Shown in pieces: positions 36,621 to 45,489 of a DNA stretch of 64,000 nucleotides. The notes under the pieces were generated by a model. The model saw nothing but the letters and a program-made list of their open reading frames with translations. It was not told the origin of the DNA and did not search any database. The stretch spans positions 81,019-145,018 of the forward strand of contig DAHWIJ010000033.1 of NCBI GenBank assembly GCA_027345195.1. Reading direction: 5' to 3'. Position numbers and translations under genes: made by a program. The stretch's first letter is position 1, and each line of letters opens with the position of its first letter. The stretch comes from Thermoplasmatales archaeon. Its GTDB lineage: Archaea > Thermoplasmatota > Thermoplasmata > Thermoplasmatales > GCA-001856825.

Positions 36621-37808
36621 GACTATTTTTGAGAGGAGACTGCGTTACAAAGTATGTGTAGGTCACGGGTACCTCTTGCTGAACATTTCCTTCAACTCGT
36701 CCCTGCATTTAAAATATCCGTTAAGGACTCTATGAGAATACTTCTCATTGAGTTCCGCCACCCTCAGATAAACGATCTTGAGCGCTGATTCCTCTGTTGG
36801 AAAGGAATCTATCACCTTTATGCGTCTTCTCACCTCCTTGTTCATCCTCTCTATGATGTTGTTGCTGTGTATTGATCTCCTTATTGCCTGAGGGTACTGG
36901 AAGTAGGTGAACAGGTAGTTCACCTTCTTCTCCAGGTTGTATATCTGTCTTGGATACTTCTTGCTCCACTGCGATTTGAACATGCTGAGCCTGGCCAGTG
37001 CATCTTCCCTCGTGTCAGCCGTGAATACCCCTTCAGCTCCCTGTCTATCTGCAATTTATCTGATTCTCTGACCTCAGATTCAAGGTTCCTTGATGCATGT
37101 ACTGTGCAGAGCTGGAAATCCGCCCTTGGGAATACTCGTCTCACTTCCTCATCAAGTTTCGGCAATCCGTCCGCTATGAACAGCAAGGGCTCCCTCACTC
37201 CCCTGTTGTAGAGATCATCTATCACCGCCGTATATGACAGATGGGATTCCTTAGATGCCAGATAGAATCCCAGTATCTCATATTCACCAGATTCCCTGAT
37301 GCCCATTGCCAACAGTATTGGTTCCTTCTCCACTGTATCTCTCCTCAGGAAGAAAAATAGGGCATCAAGGAATATGGCGATGTATCGAGATTCGAGAGGC
37401 CTGCTCTGGAATCTCTTTATTTTACATGGCATCCTTGATTCTGGAAATAGAGGACCTGGAGTAACGGTTCTGGAATATCTCTTCCAGTATCTCTGATGCC
37501 TTCCTTGTTGAAACTCCCTTTGAGTACGGGGAGATTATCAGTTCGTCCAGCCCTATGGATCTGCCGTAAGGGTCAAGTGCAGCAGACCTGAATCTCCCTT
37601 CCCTGTCCCTGGGAACGGTGAGATCGTCTATCTCCCCGAACTTCGTCTTCGCCTTCCTCTCATAGAAACCGTTCCTTAAACCTCCATGCTCCTCTATGAA
37701 CACATCCCTCTCCGTGTTCATGAGGCTCTCAAGGTATTCCTTCACTGCATATTCTACAGCAGAAAAGATTTTTGAGTGGCTAAAACGCTGTCTACAGAAA
37801 AATCAGCG
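36621..37808 (-). mobile_element. IS256-family insertion sequence, decayed (boundaries approximate)
   Basis: Contains the frameshifted mutator-type transposase. Candidate imperfect terminal inverted repeats are ..TATTTTTGAGAGGAGACTGCGTT (36623-36646) and the reverse complement of AACGCTGTCTACAGAAAAATCAG (37784-37806), sharing an AGAC(T/A)GCGTT core. Confidence 0.6.
36663..37745 (-). pseudogene. IS256-type (mutator family) transposase broken into three frames
   Basis: Three consecutive minus-strand ORFs (37745-37422, 37432-36920, 36983-36663) read in order as one transposase. The N-terminal part has RNGFYERK...TVPRDREGRF...YSKGVSTRK, the middle part IAIFLDALFF (D1) and LFIADGLPKL (D2), and the C-terminal part NNIIERMNKEVRRR (E). 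At least 2 frameshifts. Confidence 0.8.
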
Positions 37809-38204
37809 TGTTTTCGATAGCACGATTCCACAGACTACTGCCATCAGCATCGGCACCACAATCAAGACCAAATATATGAGGGACAGCGGAAAAGGAATGT
37901 ATTCCCCACCGTAAACAATTATCGTCCTTGTAGCATCGTATAGGACAGCTATAGGTATAAGTCCCGTAACGATTATCACCACACTCCCTAACGGATTTCC
38001 TCGTCCCCCTCCCAAGACTGCCAGCCCTGTAAGTATTCCCACACCCGCCATGAGCATAGGTAGAGAATCATAAAATGCAGCAGCAATGAAGGCTGATGAA
38101 GAAAAATTAATCGTAAACGCAAGGGTCAAGACACCCACAAGCAGGTCCAATGCCGAAGCTGCGAGGCCTAACGCCACGGCACTTTTATGTCCAGCATTCA
38201 CCAA
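37803..38204 (-). CDS. small integral membrane protein, unknown function
   Basis: 133 aa, 4 hydrophobic helices, no recognised motif. Its stop codon lies inside the putative IS end. Confidence 0.5.
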   Translation of the reverse strand: MVNAGHKSAVALGLAASALDLLVGVLTLAFTINFSSSAFIAAAFYDSLPMLMAGVGILTGLAVLGGGRGNPLGSVVIIVTGLIPIAVLYDATRTIIVYGGEYIPFPLSLIYLVLIVVPMLMAVVCGIVLSKTR

Positions 38205-38312
38205 TGAGAAATCTTCGACCTTACTTAAGGGGTGGTTTTACGGTTTTTAAGTAATACTAACTTATTTAAGGCAGACTAAATTTCTAAAGGCGATGGATAG
38301 TGAAGGTTCTCA

Positions 38313-38747
38313 ATGACCCCAAAATTCATTAAAATTTCCAGATACCTTCTGATGGCCATTCTTCTGCTCTTGGTAATACAATACATACTAGGTATGGTAG
38401 TGAACATATATGCTCTACCCCCTTATACCCCTTCCAACTTAGGTGTTCATTACGTTTTCGGCTACGTAGTGGCACTTGTTGGACTTATAACACTCGTTTT
38501 CGTTGCCTTTTCAGGAAAATTAGGTGCGATTTCTTTTTCCGCCATAGGTTTCATATCCATCGTAATTGCGGGAGAATCAGGAAGAGGGTTTGCATTCCTC
38601 TCACAGCACGCCGGAATATACTCGCTATCCATGGCTCTTTCCTGGCTCCTATCATTCAGCTCTTATTTCATTAGCCTGCATTTATTATCTATCTATTCCC
38701 AAAAGAGCATTACTACGGGCGAGAGATTAGATCGCCATGGAATCTGA
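38313..38747 (+). CDS. small integral membrane protein, unknown function
   Basis: 144 aa, 4 TM helices. 11-nt overlap with the next gene. Confidence 0.5.
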   Translation: MTPKFIKISRYLLMAILLLLVIQYILGMVVNIYALPPYTPSNLGVHYVFGYVVALVGLITLVFVAFSGKLGAISFSAIGFISIVIAGESGRGFAFLSQHAGIYSLSMALSWLLSFSSYFISLHLLSIYSQKSITTGERLDRHGI

Positions 38748-39357
38748 TGCAAATAGGTCTTTATGGGATAGCCTAAAGAGAGGAACAAGACTGGGAATAT
38801 ACCTGATTCTTTTGATTTCTACGGGCTTCTTCGGAATAGTGGTAGGATATATTATCTACCTAGAGGCGACTAATAGCCCTGTTCCGGTGTTGTCGGATTT
38901 CCCTCCCTTTATAGCAAGCCTGTTGATAATTGGCGTCTCTTCCGTTATTGTTTCTGTATACATGTTGTCTATGAAGAGGTCCTCGCGCTCAGACGTTCTC
39001 GGCGCACTTTGGATTCTGGCTCTTCTTCCGATGTCAGTTTCACTCTTCAATGACTATACTTCTGTAGATTTGCTTCCAATGGTGCTGATAGTAGTTTCAG
39101 CAATATTGTTATGGAAGGGAAACAGGAACATGAAGTGGTTTTTACCAACTGGCATTATAATAGCAGCATGGTTTTTATTTGATCCCCTCAATCACACTGT
39201 TGATTATATTTTGCTTTCGACTGGTATGTCTGGGCTCGGGATCGTCAAAGAGGGAGCACAGCTTGCACTTCAACGTGCTTTCTATGACTGGTTGAGGATG
39301 TCGTTTTTCCTTGCCATCTACGTTGCAACTTTGCGTTACAAACCTTCACGTCCCTGA
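38737..39357 (+). CDS. integral membrane protein, unknown function
   Basis: 206 aa, about 6 TM helices. Confidence 0.5.
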   Translation: MESDANRSLWDSLKRGTRLGIYLILLISTGFFGIVVGYIIYLEATNSPVPVLSDFPPFIASLLIIGVSSVIVSVYMLSMKRSSRSDVLGALWILALLPMSVSLFNDYTSVDLLPMVLIVVSAILLWKGNRNMKWFLPTGIIIAAWFLFDPLNHTVDYILLSTGMSGLGIVKEGAQLALQRAFYDWLRMSFFLAIYVATLRYKPSRP

Positions 39358-39537
39358 GTTCGATTAAATCTTCTGGTCTGTGAGTCCGATGCTGGAAGGC
39401 AGGTTGACTGAGCTCATTGTTTATTAAATGGAAAAATATTTAGAGCGAAAAATAATATTATTGTTTATAGACCTATTCTTACCACAAAGTGTTAAGATAC
39501 CTATAAATAATGCTTAGAACATTATATTCAAAACTAT

Positions 39538-40047
39538 ATGAGCGATAACGATGAAAGAATGCTTGGGATGATTCTGTACACCGCAATTTCTCCAGATTAC
39601 CTCCTCAGGTCTATTGTTTTTACTGACAGGCGTGTTATTGAGATACCTCTTTTGAAGTTGAGTGAGTTTATGGGAAGGGCCGGACAATTACCGTCAGTTG
39701 TGGCTTACCTTCTTGAGGCTGCAAATCCGGGGATGTTCATGGGTCTTGGAACAATAGTCGGGGTGAAGATGTGGAAGGATCTCAAGAAGAATACAGAAGG
39801 GAAGAAATCTGTAGTTGTAACCGATATACCACTTTCGCAACAGATGGCCAGCGTTGGTATAAGGGAACTTCCATACGAGAAGATAAATGTAGTGAAAATC
39901 AAGAAAGTACCGTTGAGCGAAGATGCATACCTCAATCTGGGAGCTGGTTTCATACACAGTAAGAACATAGTGTTCAAGGGGAATGAAATAGATGATGTGA
40001 GGGGGTTGATCGAGAAAACTCCTCTTTCCTCAAAAATTCAGCTTTGA
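39538..40047 (+). CDS. hypothetical protein
   Basis: 169-aa ORF with an AT-rich TATA-containing upstream region (cctataaataatg). No motif recognised. Confidence 0.45.
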   Translation: MSDNDERMLGMILYTAISPDYLLRSIVFTDRRVIEIPLLKLSEFMGRAGQLPSVVAYLLEAANPGMFMGLGTIVGVKMWKDLKKNTEGKKSVVVTDIPLSQQMASVGIRELPYEKINVVKIKKVPLSEDAYLNLGAGFIHSKNIVFKGNEIDDVRGLIEKTPLSSKIQL

Positions 40048-40269
40048 ACGAGTATGAAAATTGCCGCATTCAGTAAAATATTTCTTGCAGCAAACAGAAG
40101 ACATTCCAGCATCTTTGCCCGTCCATGAGTTCGGTAATTCATCGGAATGCTAGCTAAAGAATGCTTTCAGGAGGAATCCCACGTCTATTACTAAAATCCA
40201 CCAACACTAAATTTCCACCACGGCATTTTGCTAACCCTCGGGCAATCATAATATACTTTCCATCCATAT

Positions 40270-40959
40270 TTGGCGGTGGAAAAACCTTCATTCTTCAAGA
40301 AATTCATCAGCGTCGGGGAAAGGAATATATTGAGCAAGTTCACCGTATTTCCAGATCTCGGAACGGAAGTTGCAGATTTCCTGGTAAAGATGATGCAGAG
40401 CGATATTAAGGAAATGGACGTGCTGAATGAAAAGGTGAAGATGAAGGAAAAGGAGGGGGATGATCTTTCCGAAAATTTCAGCGTCCTGATCACAAGAGGG
40501 GCAATAAATCCGAGCTTGATCGACAATCTTCTCTTACTCGTGAACAGGCTAGATGACATTATAGATAGGTCATATTACCTGAGCAGGGAAATTAAGAGAA
40601 TGAACCTTGGCTATCTGCAGAGCAATGGGAACCTCGGGAAGGTCCTTGAGTCCCCCTACAAGATGTTTGTCCACATGCTGACCTCTGGTAAGGACGCCTT
40701 TGCCGCGCTGAAGGGAATGCTAACGGAATCTGATATGGGCAAGATCAACGAATACAAGAAGAAGATAGAGATCATAGAGGAAGCAGTGGACGATATGAAA
40801 GATTCTGTTTTGGATGACACATACAAGAACGCAGACAAGATGAACTACATAGTCTTCAACCATGTGACTAGCATGGTCCACAAGATTGACGACATGGTTG
40901 ACGATTGCGAGGACGCAGCAGACCTTATTCTTTCAATCTATAAATCACTGACAGGATAG
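40270..40959 (+). CDS. DUF47/PhoU-like phosphate transport regulator (YkaA/TIGR00153 type)
   Basis: N-terminus FFKKFISVGERNILSKF... then an all-helical repeat. Ends 1 nt before the PiT transporter gene, the usual pairing. TTG/GTG start. Confidence 0.75.
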   Translation: MAVEKPSFFKKFISVGERNILSKFTVFPDLGTEVADFLVKMMQSDIKEMDVLNEKVKMKEKEGDDLSENFSVLITRGAINPSLIDNLLLLVNRLDDIIDRSYYLSREIKRMNLGYLQSNGNLGKVLESPYKMFVHMLTSGKDAFAALKGMLTESDMGKINEYKKKIEIIEEAVDDMKDSVLDDTYKNADKMNYIVFNHVTSMVHKIDDMVDDCEDAADLILSIYKSLTG

Positions 40960-40960
40960 C

Positions 40961-41860
40961 ATGCAGCTATTCCTGATAACTGTTTTGCTAGGGGCAATAC
41001 TGACTATCCTAGTCTCAGGAAACAATCTGTCTGTTTCAGTTGGGACAATAGTGGGAGCAAGGATTATTGGGAGATGGACTGGTGTTTTGATAGGCGTCTT
41101 TGGTTATATTTCCGGACTTTTGCTTGAGGGAGAAAGCCTGAGGTATGCAGCAACTGCCCTCCTGCCCCATTCCTACTATTTCATTTCAATAGCACTCCTC
41201 ATATCCATTACAGCATTCATAATTGCCACACTGTTAAGGGCACCGCTGTCACTGACAATGGTACTTGTAGGCTCCAGCATCGGCATTTCAATTCACGCCG
41301 GCAGGATACCTGATCAGGGCCTATTGCTGCTCATCGTTGCAATGTGGATAATCTCCCCTGTCCTGTCAATAGCAATTTCCTACCTCTCCAATAAGGTCTT
41401 GATTAGGAATCCTCCCAAGGACATATGGAAGACTGCAATCTCCATGAAGGGATTGCTCGTGGTTGCATCGTTCTTCACGTCATTCACCCTGGGAGCAAAC
41501 ACCCTTGGATTCATACTGAATCTACTGGGAGGAGGTTCAGTCGTCTTGACTGTAATGGTGGTCGGAATAATCATCGGCTCTGTATTCCTGAGCAAGGGGG
41601 TCATAAAGAGGGTCGGAGAGGAAATGTACGGCATGCGATATTCTAGTGCAACAATCTCCCTATTGAGCAGTGCAATTCTTGTTGAGGTTGCAACTATACT
41701 GGGTGTCCCATTATCCAACAGCCAGGCCCTGTCTGCAGGCGTAGTAGGCAGTGGTCTCTCCTACACCTTTAAGGCAATCAACATAAGACCATTCCTCTTG
41801 ATTGTAGCAACTTGGATAATCTCAACTTTCCTAGGATTTTTCCTTGGATACATAATTTGA
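40961..41860 (+). CDS. inorganic phosphate transporter, PiT (PHO4) family
   Basis: Two PiT repeats, each with a GxN signature (SGNNLSVSVGTIVGARI and LGANTLGFILN). About 9-10 TM helices. Confidence 0.8.
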   Translation: MQLFLITVLLGAILTILVSGNNLSVSVGTIVGARIIGRWTGVLIGVFGYISGLLLEGESLRYAATALLPHSYYFISIALLISITAFIIATLLRAPLSLTMVLVGSSIGISIHAGRIPDQGLLLLIVAMWIISPVLSIAISYLSNKVLIRNPPKDIWKTAISMKGLLVVASFFTSFTLGANTLGFILNLLGGGSVVLTVMVVGIIIGSVFLSKGVIKRVGEEMYGMRYSSATISLLSSAILVEVATILGVPLSNSQALSAGVVGSGLSYTFKAINIRPFLLIVATWIISTFLGFFLGYII

Positions 41861-41993
41861 AAAATTAGAACACTGAGGGAGCAGTGGAATAGGTTTCCTT
41901 TACATTCATCATGAATCCGATGATACCCGGGACAAATAAATTTGGAAATAGATTATGAAGAAATCACAATTCTGAGCAAAAAAATGAAAATCT

Positions 41994-42479
41994 TTATGGC
42001 GGTTTCAACAGGTGTTGCGGCACAGCCTCAATTGCAGTTAGTGCGGCCAGGACCGAAGAAATTATCAGGCCAACCCAGAACAATATTAGAATCACTGTCC
42101 AGAACGTGGATACCTTGTCTCTTGAGGGAAGCAGATCGTATATAAGGGTGGCAGGGAAGGTAAACATGCCTGTGAGACCTAGGGAGAGGTACAAACCAAG
42201 CATTGCGATCGGACTTGACGTCATCTTGTCCAAATACGCGTTTACTCCGTAGTAAATTGCAATAAGTCCAGAAAAGAGGGCAAGGACGCCTGAAAATTGA
42301 AGTTTCTGCCTCAGGATTATAGAAGAAGAAACTGAAACAAGAATTATACCGAACAGCAAGTAAGGATCGTAGAAAAGAATGTTATAGCTCCCGGGCAGAG
42401 GCCACGTCATCTCCCCGAATATCCCCATTATAACTATAATTGCCCCAAGAATGCCCAAAACGAAGGCTCCAGGCCGCAT
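41994..42479 (-). CDS. integral membrane protein (DUF981-like?)
   Basis: 161 aa, 4-5 TM helices, MTWPLPGSYNILFYDPY motif. Confidence 0.55.
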   Translation of the reverse strand: MRPGAFVLGILGAIIVIMGIFGEMTWPLPGSYNILFYDPYLLFGIILVSVSSSIILRQKLQFSGVLALFSGLIAIYYGVNAYLDKMTSSPIAMLGLYLSLGLTGMFTFPATLIYDLLPSRDKVSTFWTVILILFWVGLIISSVLAALTAIEAVPQHLLKPP

Positions 42480-42690
42480 TATAGTCTCTACGTCCTAATC
42501 CATTCCTGTAGTAAAGGTAAGCGTATGCTGTAAGGTATATCGATACCACCCCTACCAGCGATAGCGTGAACAGTTCGAAAGCCAGATCATCAATGAAAAC
42601 CACGGGAAAGAGAATATTTAGCTCTATAAAAGCTTTTAAAAGGACCAAGAGGAATAGTTCGCCCTGTGAAAAATCCGCATTCCAGTCCAT
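42382..42690 (-). CDS. possible 5' fragment of the downstream membrane-protein gene (frameshift) or separate small membrane protein
   Basis: The first ~65 codons encode two TM helices (VVFIDDLAFELFTLSLVGVVSIYLTAYAYLYY). The frame then runs out of phase over the start of the 41994-42479 ORF. Confidence 0.3.
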   Translation of the reverse strand: MDWNADFSQGELFLLVLLKAFIELNILFPVVFIDDLAFELFTLSLVGVVSIYLTAYAYLYYRNGLGRRDYNAAWSLRFGHSWGNYSYNGDIRGDDVASAREL

Positions 42691-42807
42691 CCCCGGATAG
42701 GCCAGGGTCTGGCAGTCCCAATATGTATCGGACTTTCCAACAGTTCTTAATATCCAGGATGTTGCTTGTGCCTCGGTCTTCGTTCCTTATTTTAAGAGTT
42801 TCCTCAG

Positions 42808-43671
42808 TTACTTCTTGTCTGCTTCCCTGGTGCTCGTCTTTAGCACAGAATCTATGAAAACTATCTCGTCAGGGGTCCACCATTTCTGTACCCCTCCAGC
42901 ATCCGTGAATTTGTTAAGGAAATCTTAAACATCGCCTTCTTCAACCATCTTGAGTCTAATACAGCCATGGGGAAGTGGTAGGCGTTCTCCTTTCTGTACA
43001 TATCCTTATCAGGGAAGAGCAAAGGAGAGCTCCTGTTCAGATTCTCCCGTGATCCAATCCTCTACCCAAGATACTCGTTCAGATACGTTGTTCCCTCCTT
43101 TCCAAAAAATGTGAAATACTTGTGCATTCCTCATTTCTTGATTTACCACGATCTGGCATAGAACATTCTCAAAACCTACTGTCCTTCCAATCACAGATAT
43201 ATCCACAATGTCTGATAATTTCAGCCCGTCCGTCCCTGTGTGGTTGCCGAGTGTTTCGGGCCTGAGACCCGCGAATGCCATGAGAGATATTGCGACCTTT
43301 GTCCTTGGATTCGCGTTCCTGAGAATTGCTGCTAGCTCGCTCCTTTCTGGTATCCTTTCGTTCTCTACCGTAAGGTTCCTGTTCTCGTTCTTTATGTTAA
43401 TTTCCAGCCTGATGAGGATTTTATTGAATTTCAAGTAAGATGAAACAGACTTCAGGGAGGTTGAGATGTATGATCCCGCCTTACCTTCTTTTTTCATCTT
43501 TCTTATCTGGTCCGAGACCTTCTCCTTGAATTTGGCGTAATCATCCGCAGCCTGCTTCAATATGGATCTCGGGTCCTCATGAAGCCATTCCAGCCAAAGG
43601 CCAATGTTTCTCAAATAATAATCAGCGGTAACATCCGACTTGGCCTTCAGGTTCTCATACCAGTCATTCAC
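42808..43671 (-). pseudogene. tyrosine recombinase/integrase, degraded (intact N-terminal 220 codons, catalytic half fragmented)
   Basis: N-terminal SAM-like domain and AFAGLRPETLGNHTGTDGL (first catalytic Arg box). The ORF stops at 43009. Downstream minus-strand pieces in other frames (LFPDKDMYRKENAYHFP..., DFLNKFTDAGGVQKWWTPDEIVFIDSVLK) look like remnants of the C-terminal half, with no intact HxxR/GH..Y boxes. Confidence 0.6.
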
Positions 43672-43769
43672 TTACTTGCTTTTCGACAAGAGTGCCCTAT
43701 GACGGGTATTCGGATGGATTTGGGTACATAAAGTTTCTTTGTTCAAGTTTTTTCTTACTCAATGGGGTA

Positions 43770-43841
43770 AGGGTAGGTGGGGATTCGAACCCCAATAGTC
43801 GGGATCTGCAGTCCCGTGCATAGCCACTCTGCCACCTACCC
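43770..43841 (-). tRNA. tRNA-Cys (GCA)
   Basis: Reverse complement is GGGTAGG TG GCAG AGTGGCTA TGCA CGGGA CTGCAGA TCCCG ACTAT TGGGG TTCGAAT CCCCA CCTACCC T. It folds as a cloverleaf with 7-bp acceptor, GCA anticodon, TTCGAAT T-loop and U73 discriminator (a Cys identity element). No encoded CCA. Confidence 0.9.
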
Positions 43842-44915
43842 GGTACTGTCGTTATAAAGTTCAGAGTTATTGAGTTTACTGAACTTTTTTGCTATTACCC
43901 TCGCCCCTTCTCTATTTTCTCTCACCAGATTCACGAATCTCTTCATGAAATCAAGGTTGTGAACAGTGACTAGGTACTGGAACGATGGGTCCTCGTTCTT
44001 GTGAAGTTCCCTCAGCATTGACCTATTGTAATTACTGCAAGCTTCACACGAGCATCTAGGTTCTATCGGCTGGAAATCTAGAATATGCTTTGCGTTCTTC
44101 AAATTTATGGGCCCTTCGCTTGTAAGAGCAAACCCGTGCCTGGCATTCCTGGTGGGATAAGTGGAATCAAATATGCCGATTCCTGCATCAGAATATTCCA
44201 CTATCGAAACCGGGTCTCCCACCCCCATGAGGTATACGGGATAATCTCCAGGTATTAGGGGCAGGGTCTTTGACAGAGCCAAATCCGTCAGCTCTTTCGG
44301 TTCACCTATCTTCAGTCCTCCAATTGCAAATCCGTCAAATTCAAGAGACGTCATCAATCTAGCACTTTCCCTTCTCAGTTCTGGGTCAAATCCTCCCTGT
44401 ATTATTCCAAACTTCTTCTGGCCGGGGTTCTTCAAAGAAGAGAATACCTTCCCCCACTCGTATGTCCTCTTTACTGACACTCTGTACCTACCTTGCTCAG
44501 CCCCGTAAGGTGGGCAGTCATCAAGCATCATCGCCACGTCAGACCTTATCTTCCGCTGGATTTCCGAGCTGATCTCTGGTGTGACCTTTACTGCCTTCCC
44601 GGACTTCCTGTCCCTGAACAGTATTCCATCCTCCTCTATCTTCACCAGTTCTTTCCTCAGTATCTGGAATCCCCCTGAGTCCGTGAAGTAGCTTCCCCTG
44701 AAGCCAGTATACCCATTTATCCCCCCGACCTTTTCTAGAATTTCGAGTCCGGGGGAAATTGTCAAATGAACGGAATTTGAGATTAGTGCCTCCACCCCTG
44801 CTTCGTTTATCTTTTGCATTGGGACAGCTTTTACGAAACCTCTTGTCGCGACAGGCAGGAATAGCGGAAGCTCCAAGCTCCCCCTGGAAAGATGCAATTC
44901 TGAATTCTTGTGCAC
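43836..44915 (-). CDS. tgtA: archaeosine tRNA-guanine transglycosylase, catalytic domain only (no PUA domain)
   Basis: LPVATRG, TDSGGFQ, MMLDDC, GIIQGG, AIGGL, LMGVGDP, FDSTYPTRNARHG, and zinc site CSCEACSNY...LH. 359 aa. Confidence 0.85.
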   Translation of the reverse strand: MHKNSELHLSRGSLELPLFLPVATRGFVKAVPMQKINEAGVEALISNSVHLTISPGLEILEKVGGINGYTGFRGSYFTDSGGFQILRKELVKIEEDGILFRDRKSGKAVKVTPEISSEIQRKIRSDVAMMLDDCPPYGAEQGRYRVSVKRTYEWGKVFSSLKNPGQKKFGIIQGGFDPELRRESARLMTSLEFDGFAIGGLKIGEPKELTDLALSKTLPLIPGDYPVYLMGVGDPVSIVEYSDAGIGIFDSTYPTRNARHGFALTSEGPINLKNAKHILDFQPIEPRCSCEACSNYNRSMLRELHKNEDPSFQYLVTVHNLDFMKRFVNLVRENREGARVIAKKFSKLNNSELYNDSTG

Positions 44916-44946
44916 TTATTCCAGATTCTCTCTTAATAAAATACCT

Positions 44947-45489
44947 TTACATCCTGCTGACTTCTGAAAAGCATCTCTCACAGTAATACTTGCCGGCAGT
45001 GTAAATCAGGTTGTCGGAGAATTCGTTGCATGAATCGCATATGCCATGAATCCCCTTCACAATCCCCTGACCCGTATTGGTCAGGATTCCTCTGGTAATC
45101 TCTATCAGACCCGGCGATATCCTGACTATGTCGTTCTCCGTCAGGATTCCCACTATCTTGTCACCCGCAACCACCGGAAGCCTCCTTATCCTCTTCTTCC
45201 ACATCAGCTCTGCAGCTGTTTCCAGAGGTGAATCAGCCTCGACATGGATCAGCGGAGTGCTCATTATCTCGCTGAGCTTCCTTTCTCCAGCCGCTATTCC
45301 ATTTGCTGCGACTTTTGTCACTATGTCCCTCTCCGTGACTATTCCAACTACCTCCCCATCCTGTTCTATCAGGAGGGAACTTATCCCCTTTGTCTTCATT
45401 AGCATCGCACCCTCCTCCGCTGTCATGGTTGCCTTTGCTCTTATGGGGTTGCGAGACATCACCTCTGATACTCTAATCATGCCCATCAT
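44947..45489 (-). CDS. CBS-domain pair protein with C-terminal zinc ribbon
   Basis: Two CBS repeats (VSEVMSRNPI...GIVTERDI; LSEIMSTPLI...GILTENDI) followed by CDSC-x17-CERC. Confidence 0.8.
   Translation of the reverse strand: MMGMIRVSEVMSRNPIRAKATMTAEEGAMLMKTKGISSLLIEQDGEVVGIVTERDIVTKVAANGIAAGERKLSEIMSTPLIHVEADSPLETAAELMWKKRIRRLPVVAGDKIVGILTENDIVRISPGLIEITRGILTNTGQGIVKGIHGICDSCNEFSDNLIYTAGKYYCERCFSEVSRM

Noticed and set aside
36920-37432. Treating the three transposase ORFs as separate functional genes, or as programmed -1 frameshifting.
   Set aside because: IS256-family transposases are normally a single ORF. Two independent frame changes and poorly matching inverted repeats argue for decay, although programmed frameshifting cannot be excluded without intact copies.
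40161-40559. ORFs 40161-40409(+) and 40191-40559(-).
   Set aside because: They overlap the DUF47 gene, whose frame gives a family-typical N-terminus and sits directly upstream of PiT.
41861-41993. Spacer containing CGATGATA ... CTGA, considered as a C/D-box sRNA.
   Set aside because: The C box is non-canonical, there is no D'/C' pair at 12-nt guide spacing, and there is no terminal pairing.
36500-43700. Looked for a second copy of the tRNA-Cys 3' half (GGGGATTCGAACCCC...) that would mark attR of an integrated element.
   Set aside because: Only a 7-nt chance match (GATTCGA at about 37389, inside the IS) was seen. The boundaries of any former element therefore cannot be stated.
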